A stretch of 63,731 nucleotides of DNA, counting the filler. It is 18 parts of 18 records of this genome, joined end to end, with 100 filler letters (N's around TTAATTAATTAA, not from the genome) between each part and the next. Parts side by side here need not be neighbours in the genome. Positions count along the whole stretch, not along the records: positions 1 to 6,660 come from SRR11831580_1580; positions 6,761 to 12,352 come from SRR11831580_1599; positions 12,453 to 15,962 come from SRR11831580_1601; positions 16,063 to 21,417 come from SRR11831580_1608; 14 more parts are not named here. One strand, written 5' to 3'. The notes under the pieces are model-generated. The model was not told the origin of the DNA. It did no database searches and saw only the letters and a list, made by a program, of their open reading frames with translations. Position numbers and translations under genes: made by a program. The number at the start of each line of letters is the position of its first letter. Position 1 is the first letter of the stretch. Positions 1-16,328 of the stretch are shown here, piece by piece.

Positions 1-538
1 GGTGGTTAGTCGGTTCGTCGAGCAGCAGCAAGTCTGAACGGCAAATCAGCGCCTGGGCAAGGTTAAGACGCATACGCCAGCCCCCGGAAAAATCACTTAC
101 CGGGCGCTCCAGTTGTTCATTGCTGAAACCGAGGCCGTGCAGCAGGCTGGCAGCACGGGAGCGAATACTCCATGCGTCAATAGCATCCAGCTTGCCATGA
201 ATGGTCGCAATGGCGTGCCCGTCGTTACGTTCGTTGGCGTCGTGTAGCTGCGCTTCTAGTTGACGATATTCACGGTCGCCGTCAATGACATATTCCAGCG
301 CCGCTTGCGGTAACGCCGGCGTTTCCTGATTCACCCACGCCAGTTGCCAGCTTCCCGGAAAGGTGTAGCTGCCGCCGTCGGCGCTGATTTCATTTTTCAG
401 CAATGCCAGCAGGGTAGATTTACCACAGCCGTTTTTACCCACCAGGCCGACTTTCTGCCCAGGGTTGATGGTGGCGGTGGCATTATCCAGCAGGACGCGC
501 ACGCCGCGACGAATTTGTAACGAGGAGAAAACAATCAT
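1..538 (-). CDS. yheS: ABC-F family ATPase, 5' part (runs off window)
   Basis: Reverse strand from ATG 538 reads MIVFSSLQIRRGVRVLLDNATATINPGQKVGLVGKNGCGKST (Walker A); divergent from kefG as in E. coli. Confidence 0.93.
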   Translation of the reverse strand, partial: MIVFSSLQIRRGVRVLLDNATATINPGQKVGLVGKNGCGKSTLLALLKNEISADGGSYTFPGSWQLAWVNQETPALPQAALEYVIDGDREYRQLEAQLHDANERNDGHAIATIHGKLDAIDAWSIRSRAASLLHGLGFSNEQLERPVSDFSGGWRMRLNLAQALICRSDLLLLDEPTNH

Positions 539-665
539 AAGGTGCCGTATGTTCAGACTATGTTAACTTATCATTATGATAATGTAATGTATGGGCGAGC
601 TGCCGCACCGGGCGCAATGGTAGCCCAAAACAGCGACTATACACAAAAACCATACCGGGAGGGGG

Positions 666-1220
666 ATGATGTCTCAGCCAGCGAAAGTTTTGCTGCTGTA
701 TGCCCATCCGGAATCTCAGGACTCGGTGGCAAACCGGGTACTGCTTAAACCGGCCACGCAGCTCAGCAATGTTACCGTGCACGACCTTTACGCGCACTAT
801 CCCGATTTTTTTATTGATATCCCCCGTGAGCAGGCATTACTGCGCGAGCACGAGGTGATTGTCTTTCAGCATCCTCTTTATACCTATAGCTGCCCGGCGC
901 TACTGAAAGAGTGGCTGGACCGGGTATTAAGTCGTGGTTTTGCCAGCGGGCCGGGAGGAAACCAACTGGCGGGAAAGTACTGGCGTAGCGTGATTACCAC
1001 CGGCGAGCCGGAAAGTGCTTACCGTTATGACGCGCTGAATCGCTACCCGATGAGCGATGTGCTGCGCCCCTTTGAACTGGCGGCGGGCATGTGCCGGATG
1101 CATTGGTTAAGTCCCATCATTATTTACTGGGCGAGACGGCAAAGCGCACAGGAGCTGGCGAGCCACGCCAGAGCCTACGGTGACTGGCTGGCAAATCCGC
1201 TGTCTCCAGGAGGCCGCTGA
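666..1220 (+). CDS. kefG: KefB ancillary flavodoxin-like protein
   Basis: 184 aa [32 protein letters not shown]; overlaps kefB start. Confidence 0.96.
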
Positions 1221-3025
1221 TGGAAGGTTCCGATTTTTTACTCGCAGGAGTGCTGTTTCTCTTCGCGGCGGTGGCTGCGGTGCCGCTGGCATCGCGGCTG
1301 GGTATTGGCGCTGTGTTGGGATATTTGCTGGCAGGGATTGCAATTGGCCCGTGGGGGCTGGGGTTTATTAGCGACGTCGATGAGATCCTCCACTTTTCGG
1401 AACTCGGCGTGGTATTCCTGATGTTTATCATCGGCCTTGAGTTGAATCCCTCCAAACTTTGGCAACTGCGGCGTTCGATTTTTGGCGTAGGCGCGGCACA
1501 GGTGCTGTTAAGCGCGGCGTTGCTGGCGGGATTATTGATGCTGACGGATTTCGCCTGGCAGGCGGCGGTGGTCGGTGGCATTGGCCTTGCGATGTCTTCA
1601 ACTGCAATGGCGTTGCAATTGATGCGTGAGAAAGGGATGAATCGCAGCGAATCCGGCCAGCTCGGGTTTTCGGTTCTGCTGTTTCAGGATCTGGCAGTAA
1701 TCCCAGCACTGGCGTTAGTGCCGTTGTTGGCGGGGTCGGCAGACGAACATTTCGACTGGATGAAGGTCGGCATGAAGGTGCTGGCGTTTGTCGGCATGCT
1801 GATTGGTGGGCGCTATTTACTGCGTCCGGTATTCCGCTTTATTGCAGCTTCTGGCGTGCGGGAAGTGTTCACCGCCGCGACGCTGCTGCTGGTGTTGGGT
1901 TCCGCATTGTTTATGGATGCGCTGGGGCTGTCGATGGCGCTCGGTACATTTATTGCGGGCGTGCTGCTGGCGGAAAGTGAATATCGCCATGAACTGGAAA
2001 CGGCTATCGATCCCTTCAAAGGCTTGCTGCTCGGTTTGTTCTTTATCTCTGTCGGCATGTCACTCAACCTCGGGGTGCTTTATACCCATCTGTTGTGGGT
2101 AGTGATAAGCGTGGTTGTGCTGGTGGCGGTGAAAATTCTCGTGCTGTATCTGCTGGCGCGATTGTATGGCGTGCGTAGCTCAGAGCGGATGCAGTTTGCT
2201 GGCGTGTTGAGTCAGGGTGGTGAGTTTGCCTTTGTCCTCTTTTCTACCGCTTCTTCACAACGCTTATTCCAGGGCGACCAGATGGCGTTGTTGCTGGTGA
2301 CGGTGACGCTTTCCATGATGACCACGCCGTTGCTGATGAAGCTGGTGGATAAATGGCTATCCCGCCAGTTTAACGGACCGGAAGAAGAAGACGAAAAACC
2401 GTGGGTCAACGATGATAAACCCCAGGTCATTGTCGTGGGCTTCGGGCGTTTTGGTCAGGTGATTGGTCGTTTGCTGATGGCAAATAAAATGCGCATTACC
2501 GTGCTGGAGCGGGATATCAGCGCCGTTAACCTGATGCGTAAATACGGCTACAAAGTTTATTACGGCGACGCCACGCAGGTCGATCTTTTACGTTCTGCGG
2601 GTGCAGAGGCCGCTGAGTCTATCGTCATTACCTGTAACGAGCCGGAAGACACCATGAAGCTGGTGGAAATATGCCAACAGCACTTTCCGCATTTGCATAT
2701 TCTTGCGCGAGCGCGCGGACGTGTGGAAGCGCATGAGTTATTACAGGCAGGGGTGACGCAGTTTTCCCGTGAAACATTCTCCAGTGCGTTAGAGCTGGGG
2801 CGCAAGACGCTGGTCACGCTTGGCATGCATCCGCATCAGGCACAGCGAGCGCAACTGCATTTTCGCCGCCTGGATATGCGGATGCTGCGAGAGCTCATCC
2901 CAATGCATGCCGATACCGTACAAATTTCTCGCGCCAGGGAAGCCCGACGCGAACTGGAAGAGATTTTCCAGCGTGAAATGCAACAAGAACGACGCCAGCT
3001 GGACGGCTGGGATGAATTTGAGTAG
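1220..3025 (+). CDS. kefB: Glutathione-gated K+/H+ efflux antiporter
   Basis: 601 aa CPA2 membrane domain plus KTN domain (GFGRFG). Confidence 0.97.
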   Translation: MEGSDFLLAGVLFLFAAVAAVPLASRLGIGAVLGYLLAGIAIGPWGLGFISDVDEILHFSELGVVFLMFIIGLELNPSKLWQLRRSIFGVGAAQVLLSAALLAGLLMLTDFAWQAAVVGGIGLAMSSTAMALQLMREKGMNRSESGQLGFSVLLFQDLAVIPALALVPLLAGSADEHFDWMKVGMKVLAFVGMLIGGRYLLRPVFRFIAASGVREVFTAATLLLVLGSALFMDALGLSMALGTFIAGVLLAESEYRHELETAIDPFKGLLLGLFFISVGMSLNLGVLYTHLLWVVISVVVLVAVKILVLYLLARLYGVRSSERMQFAGVLSQGGEFAFVLFSTASSQRLFQGDQMALLLVTVTLSMMTTPLLMKLVDKWLSRQFNGPEEEDEKPWVNDDKPQVIVVGFGRFGQVIGRLLMANKMRITVLERDISAVNLMRKYGYKVYYGDATQVDLLRSAGAEAAESIVITCNEPEDTMKLVEICQQHFPHLHILARARGRVEAHELLQAGVTQFSRETFSSALELGRKTLVTLGMHPHQAQRAQLHFRRLDMRMLRELIPMHADTVQISRAREARRELEEIFQREMQQERRQLDGWDEFE

Positions 3026-3034
3026 AGGGTAAAG

Positions 3035-3235
3035 ATGGCAATCCGAAAACGTTTTATTGCGGGCGCAAAATGCCCGGCCTGTCAGGCGCAGGATTCAATG
3101 GCGATGTGGCGCGAAAATAATATTGATATTGTTGAATGTGTTAAGTGCGGACATCAGATGCGAGAAGCAGACAAAGAAGCCCGCGATCACGTTCGCAAAG
3201 ATGAGCAAGTGATCGGGATTTTTCATCCGGACTAG
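3035..3235 (+). CDS. yheV: Small Zn-ribbon protein
   Basis: 66 aa, CPAC and CVKC motifs; synteny between kefB and slyD. Confidence 0.93.
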   Translation: MAIRKRFIAGAKCPACQAQDSMAMWRENNIDIVECVKCGHQMREADKEARDHVRKDEQVIGIFHPD

Positions 3236-3329
3236 CGATATGCGCCGAGTTTTTTTAAGCTAGTGAGTACACGGCTGCAGAATTCCGCTACAATCTGCGC
3301 CACTATTCTTCCCATGCTCAGGAGATATC

Positions 3330-3920
3330 ATGAAAGTAGCAAAAGACCTGGTGGTCAGCCTGGCCTATCAGGTACGTACAGAAGACGGTGTGTTGGTTGA
3401 TGAGTCTCCGGTGAGTGCGCCGCTGGACTACCTGCATGGTCACGGTTCCCTGATCTCTGGCCTGGAAACGGCGCTGGAAGGTCATGAAGTTGGCGACAAA
3501 TTTGATGTCGCTGTTGGCGCGAACGACGCTTACGGTCAGTACGACGAAAACCTGGTGCAACGTGTTCCTAAAGACGTATTTATGGGCGTTGATGAACTGC
3601 AGGTAGGTATGCGTTTCCTGGCTGAAACCGACCAGGGTCCGGTACCGGTTGAAATCACTGCGGTTGAAGACGATCACGTCGTGGTTGATGGTAACCACAT
3701 GCTGGCCGGTCAGAACCTGAAATTCAACGTTGAAGTTGTGGCGATTCGCGAAGCGACTGAAGAAGAACTGGCTCATGGTCACGTTCACGGCGCGCACGAT
3801 CACCACCACGATCACGACCACGACGGTTGCTGCGGCGGTCATGGCCACGATCACGGTCATGAACACGGTGGCGAAGGCTGCTGTGGCGGTAAAGGCAACG
3901 GCGGTTGCGGTTGCCACTAA
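3330..3920 (+). CDS. slyD: FKBP-type PPIase with His/Cys-rich metal-binding tail
   Basis: 196 aa MKVAKDLVVSLAY...GGCGCH. Confidence 0.98.
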   Translation: MKVAKDLVVSLAYQVRTEDGVLVDESPVSAPLDYLHGHGSLISGLETALEGHEVGDKFDVAVGANDAYGQYDENLVQRVPKDVFMGVDELQVGMRFLAETDQGPVPVEITAVEDDHVVVDGNHMLAGQNLKFNVEVVAIREATEEELAHGHVHGAHDHHHDHDHDGCCGGHGHDHGHEHGGEGCCGGKGNGGCGCH

Positions 3921-3935
3921 TACCGAAAAAGTGAC

Positions 3936-3959
3936 AAAAAGCGGGAATCCCGCTTTTTT
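3936..3959. terminator. Bidirectional intrinsic terminator between slyD and slyX
   Basis: AAAAAGCGGGA-A-TCCCGCTTTTTT inverted repeat flanked by A/T runs between convergent genes. Confidence 0.8.
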
Positions 3960-3965
3960 ACGTCC

Positions 3966-4184
3966 TCAATAATGTGGCGGTGGCGTTTCTTCAGCCTGCG
4001 ACGCGATGTTCGACGGCTGGCTGGCTTTTAACTTCTCGGTCAGCAGACGCAGATGATCGCGCAGTTTCGCCATCTCCATTTCATGAGCGGTCACCGTGAC
4101 GTTCAGTTCTTCAATGGTGATTTCCTGAAAAGCCAGTCGGCTCTCCAGCTCTGCCAGGCGTGCTTCCAATGATAAATCCTGCAT
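3966..4184 (-). CDS. slyX: SlyX protein
   Basis: 72 aa ending ETPPPHY. Confidence 0.96.
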
Positions 4185-4404
4185 GATTCACCTCTTTTGT
4201 CGAATGGTCGCCGCGGATTCTACTTAACTTTGCTGCCCGAGACAGCACTCATTTCGCGGTCATCGAAACTAATTTAAACAAAAAGAGTCTGAAAATAGAT
4301 GATAATAGGGCGTGTCTGTATGTAGATTTGTTCGACAACGCTTTATAGTACCCTTCTGATAATAGTTAACCCTGGGGTGAGATGCCCCGATCCTGGAGAT
4401 ATGG

Positions 4405-5217
4405 ATGAAATCACTGTTTAAAGTAACGCTGCTGGCGACCACAATGGCCGTTGCCCTGCATGCACCAATCACTTTTGCTGCTGAAGCTGCAAAACCTGCT
4501 ACAGCTGCTGACAGCAAAGCAGCGTTCAAAAATGACGATCAGAAATCAGCTTATGCACTGGGTGCCTCGCTGGGTCGTTACATGGAAAACTCTCTAAAAG
4601 AACAAGAAAAACTGGGCATCAAACTGGATAAAGATCAGCTGATCGCTGGTGTTCAGGATGCATTTGCTGATAAGAGCAAACTCTCCGACCAAGAGATCGA
4701 ACAGACTCTACAAGCATTCGAAGCTCGCGTGAAGTCTTCTGCTCAGGCGAAGATGGAAAAAGACGCGGCTGATAACGAAGCAAAAGGTAAAGAGTACCGC
4801 GAGAAATTTGCCAAAGAGAAAGGTGTGAAAACCTCTTCAACTGGTCTGGTTTATCAGGTAGTAGAAGCCGGTAAAGGCGAAGCACCGAAAGACAGCGATA
4901 CTGTTGTAGTGAACTACAAAGGTACGCTGATCGACGGTAAAGAGTTCGACAACTCTTACACCCGTGGTGAACCGCTTTCTTTCCGTCTGGACGGTGTTAT
5001 CCCGGGTTGGACAGAAGGTCTGAAGAACATCAAGAAAGGCGGTAAGATCAAACTGGTTATTCCACCAGAACTGGCTTACGGCAAAGCGGGTGTTCCGGGG
5101 ATCCCACCGAATTCTACCCTGGTGTTTGACGTAGAGCTGCTGGATGTGAAACCAGCGCCGAAGGCTGATGCAAAGCCGGAAGCTGATGCGAAAGCCGCAG
5201 ATTCTGCTAAAAAATAA
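4405..5217 (+). CDS. fkpA: Periplasmic FKBP-type PPIase/chaperone
   Basis: 270 aa, signal peptide, VIPGWTEG FKBP motif. Confidence 0.98.
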   Translation: MKSLFKVTLLATTMAVALHAPITFAAEAAKPATAADSKAAFKNDDQKSAYALGASLGRYMENSLKEQEKLGIKLDKDQLIAGVQDAFADKSKLSDQEIEQTLQAFEARVKSSAQAKMEKDAADNEAKGKEYREKFAKEKGVKTSSTGLVYQVVEAGKGEAPKDSDTVVVNYKGTLIDGKEFDNSYTRGEPLSFRLDGVIPGWTEGLKNIKKGGKIKLVIPPELAYGKAGVPGIPPNSTLVFDVELLDVKPAPKADAKPEADAKAADSAKK

Positions 5218-5225
5218 GCATTAAG

Positions 5226-5255
5226 AACCGCCGCCTGACCAGGCGGCGGTTTTTT
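5226..5255 (+). terminator. Intrinsic terminator after fkpA
   Basis: AACCGCCGCCTG-AC-CAGGCGGCGGTT then T run. Confidence 0.85.
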
Positions 5256-5381
5256 ATTACAGGCCGGATATAATTAGTGCTGGAAAGCGGAACCTCCGCT
5301 GTATTAATTTAGTTACCCGCATCATTAATGAGCCTGCCCTGAAAAGTTAACGACAGGCTCCTGAAAAGGAGTGTTTTTTTC

Positions 5382-6489
<1,108 letters not shown>

Positions 6490-6490
<1 letters not shown>

Positions 6491-6660
6491 TGAAACGAAT
6501 TGCGTTTGTTTTTTCTACTGCACCTCATGGTACAGCCGCAGGCCGGGAAGGTTTAGATGCTTTACTGGCAACTTCCGCATTAACTGACGATCTGGCTGTC
6601 TTCTTTATAGCTGATGGCGTTTTTCAGCTGCTGCCAGGACAAAAGCCCGATGCAGTGCTG
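6490..6660 (+). CDS. tusC: Sulfur relay subunit, 5' part (contig end)
   Basis: [27 protein letters not shown]. Confidence 0.95.
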
Positions 6661-6760
6661 NNNNNNNNNNNNNNNNNNNNNNNNNNNNNNNNNNNNNNNN
6701 NNNNTTAATTAATTAANNNNNNNNNNNNNNNNNNNNNNNNNNNNNNNNNNNNNNNNNNNN
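6661..6760. other. Artificial contig-joining spacer (first of 17)
   Basis: 44 N + TTAATTAATTAA (stops in all six frames) + 44 N; same unit starts at 12353, 15963, 21418, 24320, 26748, 29879, 32955, 37193, 39954, 42266, 45201, 47328, 50264, 54658, 56907, 60344. Confidence 0.99.
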
Positions 6761-6869
6761 CGAAGGGAATATGCCGACATGCAATAAATGGCCGGATCCG
6801 TTATCTTTGGATGAACAGACTCATATTCTTTTCTTTTCCTGCGCGCCGCTCAACTCACTGCGCGATATA

Positions 6870-9800
6870 ATGACCGACCGCCCTCCGTCTATGGTGGGTG
6901 GTCTGATGTCTGGAAACCGTGAGAAATGGCAGCAACTTGCCGAAAGCCATCCCACGTTCGTAGACGTGGACAGTATACAGCACCGCATACGTGAATCGAT
7001 CGCGATTGTTTCCCGTGATCAGGCGGCGTTCCATTTATCACCGGTAGGTAGAGAGTGACAATTGCGTATTTACCCTCGATCCCTGTCTGATTTTGACACA
7101 TGCATGCAGGTGATAATATATAAGTATGGTGGATTACCAGCACTTACAGCAATTATTGACAGTGGCATCATACCATTTGATGCAATAACCGTCGCGCTCG
7201 TATTTCTGCGGCAGTCGAACGTTTCGGTAGAGTTCTCCGCTCTACCAGAGGTGTATCAGCCGCTGCTCAACAGACTCCGCTACTATCCTGGGGCAGTGGT
7301 CCACCTAGTGAAGGATCCTTCTATGGGCGATCCCATACTACTGGTACCTTGCTCCTTCGGCTGCGTGTGTGTCTGTCTGGTACACTTGTGTTCTTCATGC
7401 TTGTCCGGTTGTATGATCAGTGGTCTTCATCACGTTTGCACTTGCGTGCCCCCATGCATGCAGGACTGATGCGTATATAATTGTTTTTGCGTGGTCATTC
7501 ATGCATGCGTGCAGGATCCGCAATTGTTCTTTTGGATGGATGCCAGCTACGAGGACAACTTGCGGGATTGGCGAGGTCACGAACAGCTATCATCAACGAC
7601 CCAAGCCGAGTCAGTCAATTTGCAAATAATGTCCTTCATACCCATGTCCACATCGGACGCAGAACAGGAATCGCCGTTGGCCTTCGATGGTGGCTTCACA
7701 CGCGTTTTGGGTGAAACAGATATGGAACTAGAGGACGGTACGTTAACGATCACTGCGTGTACCGCTACCGATCTAGTGACAACATACAAGACAGTGCATC
7801 TACATTGCATGACGACAGCCGCGCGTTGAGATGCGTGTGTGCGCGCTTTGAGCTTTTGATATGTGTTCTGGATTCAGGTTGTCGTCACTATGCTTATATG
7901 TGCTTTCGAATGCATGTGCATGCAGGCTCGGACGACGATGACATGGCAGACGATGGCGATGATAGCGCCAGTGACTTCGACCAAAGCCAGGTTAATGAAG
8001 GCAGCCCTGTCGGTACTGAGACGACCTGGCGAGAGTTCGTAGACAATGTTGAAAGTATCCTTGAACAAGTACGTTCGCGTGCATTTGTGTCGTGTGGGGT
8101 TCTGCATGCTTGCTTACTTGTTTGTTACTTCCTGCGTTGTAAATATGAGACAAATGCATTTTTGTACTTGCATATAATATCGTTGTTCATCCTCTTCACG
8201 ATACTCGAATGAATGTTGACAGTGCCTACTTCCCTACAGCGCGCGGGAAAAAGCAGGACATATCATGCTCCCCGCGTCTCACTTCCGCCGGACCGCGTCA
8301 CCGTGGACGATCTGACATCCGAGGCCGTGTCACTGGTTGCGGATGTTGATGCAATCCGTTTTATGCTGTGCAGCAGCGACGCTCTGAGTCAATTTACGCG
8401 CACAGCAAAATTACGCAAAGAAGTATACAACGGAGGCCAACGAATTCGAGGAAAACAGTCTACCAGCGGATGGATGTATCACACCCATAGCGACAGCTAC
8501 AAGGAGCTAAGATGGGACCGCGTCCCGCACATTGGTTTGGGTGATATCGAGCAATGCGGGCTCGGTACTCTCAACATCGAGTACTACTTTCCGCGTCTCG
8601 AGCGCTCTACACCCAAGACTGCATTGTCACGTTCGGAGAAGGGGGTCCTTCACACCGCGTTAACCAACGCTACGCGGTCCCTGTCCGAGAGCCGCGCCCG
8701 AGACTCGATCAACACCTCGCTGGCCATGCCCCGTGAACACACCCACAGTGTTTGCAGTGCGACAACGCTGGCAGAGCTACACAAGGGCATTTTCGAGCGC
8801 TGTCGTGCTACAGTGCTCGGTCCGCCTGTGGTTCGTGTGCAGTCCGTGGGAGAAAAACGGATTTGCTCGGCGCGCGTTCAACTGGCGCAGTGCTTAGCGG
8901 AAGTCCGTCAGACATGTCTGGATGAAACGCTTGTTGAGGTACGTGTGCGTGAGTTGCAGTGCATGACTCTGCTTCAGCGGTATAATCAAGTTTCATATTC
9001 GCGTGCTTACGCGCGTGTATGCACGCAGAACTCAACTTTGGACTATGCTATCGAAGTGGTGGCGCCAGAAGGTCGTGTCTTGCTGTTTGACGCATCTCGA
9101 GTGAAAGATTGCATCAAGATGTATCGAGCAAATGCCCACGAGGTTCCTGTGGAGACCTACAACGCGTTGCTTATGGGAAATCTCCTAAGTGGGTTCGCGG
9201 TTGATTTACAGGAGACACCAGTGACTCGAACCGATGAATTCCGCCTCGGTATATCTCAGGTGCGCATGCATTGTGAAGTTATCGGGGTTAATCCAAGTAA
9301 GGTGCACCATGTGTTGTATATTGGATGGCTGCACATGCATATATTTGGACTTCTGCATGAATTACATGTTCACTGATAATGCATGATTGGTAATTTATGT
9401 ACGCGCGTGTTGGGGACATGCTTATATACAGGGGATGATGCGTCGAATCGTTGGCTATAACCCAGGGGTGAAACTCGGGACCGCCAAACGTAACCATCCA
9501 TTTCGGTACACGGACCTTGCGGCACCGTTTGTGAATTTCGCGTCGAATGAGCTGTTCCTCAAATGGTGTGAGGGCATTCACCTATGGACGGTATGAATAT
9601 CGTTGACATGTGCGCTTAGTGACTAACGCGCGTTTATGTCATCATGTTTAGAAAGGTTCTAGTTTGCACGACGCTCTCCAGAACTACACGGATCGAGTTC
9701 GTGACGCTCGAGAATGCCTGCTGCGTGGGGTGTCAGGGATGGGCAACCATTTGCGCATCGAGGCAGAAGTTCGTACCGCGCAGCTCATGGAAGCGCCCGA

Positions 9801-12108
9801 GTGTGTGCTTGGATTTGTGGTCAACCTAGCGAAAAACGGTATGCATACATATATAGCAAGTATACATGTACATAGCCATCGTGTATATGTACATGCGTGC
9901 ATACAAGCACGTGCATGTGTATTGTGCCTGCTGTAAACTGCAAGTTGTGTACACCCTATATTGTCGCTTCATACGTACTCGCGCGCGTATACCCATGTGT
10001 ATTGTTCATGTGTATGATATAGGCTGCATTATATCAATACCTGTGGAGGAGGTAGACGCGGTGATCACGAAGGAAATTAAGTGGTCGGTGGGCATGATCG
10101 TGGCCGCACTGACTAGCTACGTCCGAGACCGAGAGCTCGCATGTCTCACGATTCAGCAACGGCTGTACTGTCAGCTCCGGGAGTCGTTCATTATGATGCT
10201 GTTCGACGGTACGCAGACGTTACATACATGCATGGGCACGCTTTCCCACATGTCGCATGCATGGAAGCGTGCCCATATGATTGCGTGTCAGTCACATGAT
10301 TTTCTATATTCACATAGCCGTAACTCGACTGCAGGAACTATGCGCTACATGTTCAACGCTGGGCCAGGGATGGTCTCCGGAATCCGTAAGGAGATGAAAA
10401 AGCGGAATCTCGTAGCAATCCCGGAGGAGCTGTTCATGTGTCACGGAGATGAGGTTCCGTATGTGAGTCAGACGGAGACAGAGAGTGAGGATGCTATGGA
10501 GCGCTGGAGCAAGTCGCGTATCCGTTCTACGACGCCGAAAAATGACGTGGAGTTTGCGAAGGACGTGTTCCAGTTGGGAAAGAAGATCGATGCATGGGGC
10601 AGCCGTTCCGATACGATCTCGCTGTCTGAAGTTGGGGAGGTGCTGACCCAGGTACATCCATGCATGCACGTTCTTGCACGCCTGCTCGTGACCTCGTACA
10701 TGTTTTTTGTGTGCATGCGTTTTGAGCTTGGGCACAGAAATTATGTTCGACAAGTATTCATGCATCTGATGTGCATCGATTACTAGGCCGTGTCGCTCGA
10801 GATATGGCGGTCCCTCCAATTTCCCGGCAAGGTTCTCAAGCCCTCTGCACAGTGTCCTTCCTATTTCCCTAGGGAGGAGAGCTTAAACAAGCTTCTGGTG
10901 AGAAACGTTGACAGACTACAGACCCGTAATCTGATAGAATACTTTCGTGTCATCTTCAAAGGCATGTGCACGCGTTCGTTCTTATGTATCATTGATTCAA
11001 GTAACATGTTGCGGCTGTATAGGGGAATTGCGTATTGTGGGCAATCGCCAGCCACTGGCGAACATCCTGGTAGATTTGATATCTCGACGAGCAAAGGCAA
11101 ACGTTGCGCTGAGTGCTTTTGTGCGCGAGCACAACGTCGACGTGTTTGTGAAAGCCGCTTTGTTGTGTGTAAGGCTGCGCGGAATATTTGACTGCGTTCC
11201 AGCGTTCCAAGGCAGCAGTCATTGGGGCCGTGGCGGTGTTGGCAGCTTTGTGCGCGCCGTCATCCCCCATGTCTATATGGAGAGCCCGCAAGTGCTCCAA
11301 AAAATGCGCCTAGCGGAATCAGTGGACGAGTTTATTCTGCCTGCCGTCAAGGTAGGTAGGTTCGACACCCCTGCGTCAGAGCTCCTACGCGTGACCGAAG
11401 CTGAACAACAAGACACTATCAGCAAACTGGAGCTGGCGCTTCAAGGCACCAGTACAGTGGGTACGCGGAAGTACATGCGCAGATGCATGCATGCCCTGGA
11501 CTAAAGAGCCGTGTACATGCAGTGAGCGAGTCGGTGGCAAAGAAACTGGAGCTGGTGGCACCCATCGTCAAAGAGTGTTTCTTCCATGATTACAGCAACG
11601 TCAAACATCGGGAACTGGTGATGGATGCTGACAAAGTGGGACGTAAGAGGGCGCAGCCGGCTCCAGCGGGCACGGGCACACGTACAGGACGTGGGAACTC
11701 GTCCCGTGGGAATCGAGTCATACCTGAGCGTGTGCAAGCCGCGATGATGCTGGCGGAAACGCAGGGGCCTCAGTCACCTTGGTATCCATTCGCCAACGGT
11801 CGTCCTGCCAACAACTTGCGTCTACTCTGCCAAAGTTCTGTTGCGTACGTGAGTGCATGAGACAAATGTCGTGTGCAGTCAATGCTGACATGCTGTTATA
11901 TAGGATATACGACCCGTTCAGCAACGAGCTTATCATTGACAAACAACAACTGGCTGACTCGCGCGGTTTCCTGAAGACTTCTACGGTGAAGCAACAGGAA
12001 ATTCGTGAGCGTTGGCGCATTGACGAACCGGACGCGGCTGCTGCATTAATCCATTTGGAAGCACTTGAGGAACTGTCCAGGTGGCATCGTCAGTCAATGC
12101 ATACCTAA
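6870..12108 (+). CDS. Eukaryotic 14-exon gene, ~1230-aa protein of unknown function
   Basis: Manual splicing with phase-consistent junctions: exons 6870-7043, 7110-7343, 7515-7737, 7926-8068, 8240-8938, 9029-9259, 9432-9590, 9652-9838, 10023-10208, 10335-10651, 10787-10961, 11023-11460, 11523-11844, 11904-12108 give 3693 nt with no internal stop; start could be ATG 6771. Confidence 0.72.
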
Positions 12109-12320
12109 GTGTGCCTTCGCATGTCCGACTGCGACATCTCAGACGCGCGACCTGCCATAAATGATGGTCACAACGATATCAGCATTTGTGCGTTTGAGGA
12201 TGGGAGCATGGGCTTGGAAGAATGCCTGGTAAGGGTTGGGGTGTGGTCCATAAGAAGCAGGTGGATGGATATTATACACATGCAGGAACATGCAGTCCCC
12301 GATAAAATTTATTAGCTTGT

Positions 12321-12352
12321 CCCACACACACCCACACCCACACCCACACACA
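12321..12352 (+). repeat. CA/CACACC microsatellite at contig end
   Basis: cccacacacacccacacccacacccacacaca. Confidence 0.8.
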
Positions 12353-12452
12353 NNNNNNNNNNNNNNNNNNNNNNNNNNNNNNNNNNNNNNNNNNNNTTAA
12401 TTAATTAANNNNNNNNNNNNNNNNNNNNNNNNNNNNNNNNNNNNNNNNNNNN

Positions 12453-12479
12453 GATAAGGCGTTTACGCCGCATCCGGCA
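12453..12479. repeat. REP element (partial)
   Basis: GATAAGGCGTTTACGCCGCATCCGGCA, the enterobacterial REP consensus. Confidence 0.9.
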
Positions 12480-12506
12480 ATTCTCTGCTCCTGATGAGGG
12501 CGCTAA

Positions 12507-15962
<3,456 letters not shown>

Positions 15963-16062
15963 NNNNNNNNNNNNNNNNNNNNNNNNNNNNNNNNNNNNNN
16001 NNNNNNTTAATTAATTAANNNNNNNNNNNNNNNNNNNNNNNNNNNNNNNNNNNNNNNNNNNN

Positions 16063-16328
16063 TGGCGAGAGCCACCCGCAGCGGCGATGAAGTGATTCTT
16101 GAGGCGCAACATTTTGCTTTTCCTGAGGTGACGTTGCCGACGCCAGAAGTGGCGGCGGTGCCCGTTGTTAAGCAAAACCTGCGTGAAGCGACAGAAGCGT
16201 TCCAGCGTGAAACTATTCGTCAGGCACTGGCACAAAATCATCACAACTGGGCTGCCTGCGCGCGGATGCTGGAAACCGACGTCGCCAACCTGCATCGGCT
16301 GGCGAAACGTCTGGGATTGAAGGATTAA
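16063..16328 (+). CDS. norR: Sigma54-dependent NO-responsive activator, 3' end
   Basis: [27 protein letters not shown] Fis-type HTH; adjacent to gutQ. Confidence 0.92.

Noticed and set aside
3780-3917. His/Cys/Gly-rich repetitive coding stretch
   Set aside because: Known SlyD metal-binding tail
6705-6716. Recurrent TTAATTAATTAA as a biological repeat or CRISPR-like unit
   Set aside because: Always centred in N runs; it is a six-frame stop linker
12321-12352. Yeast-like C1-3A telomere repeat
   Set aside because: Only 32 nt, wrong strand orientation for a right-hand telomere, and CA repeats are abundant in these eukaryotic contigs
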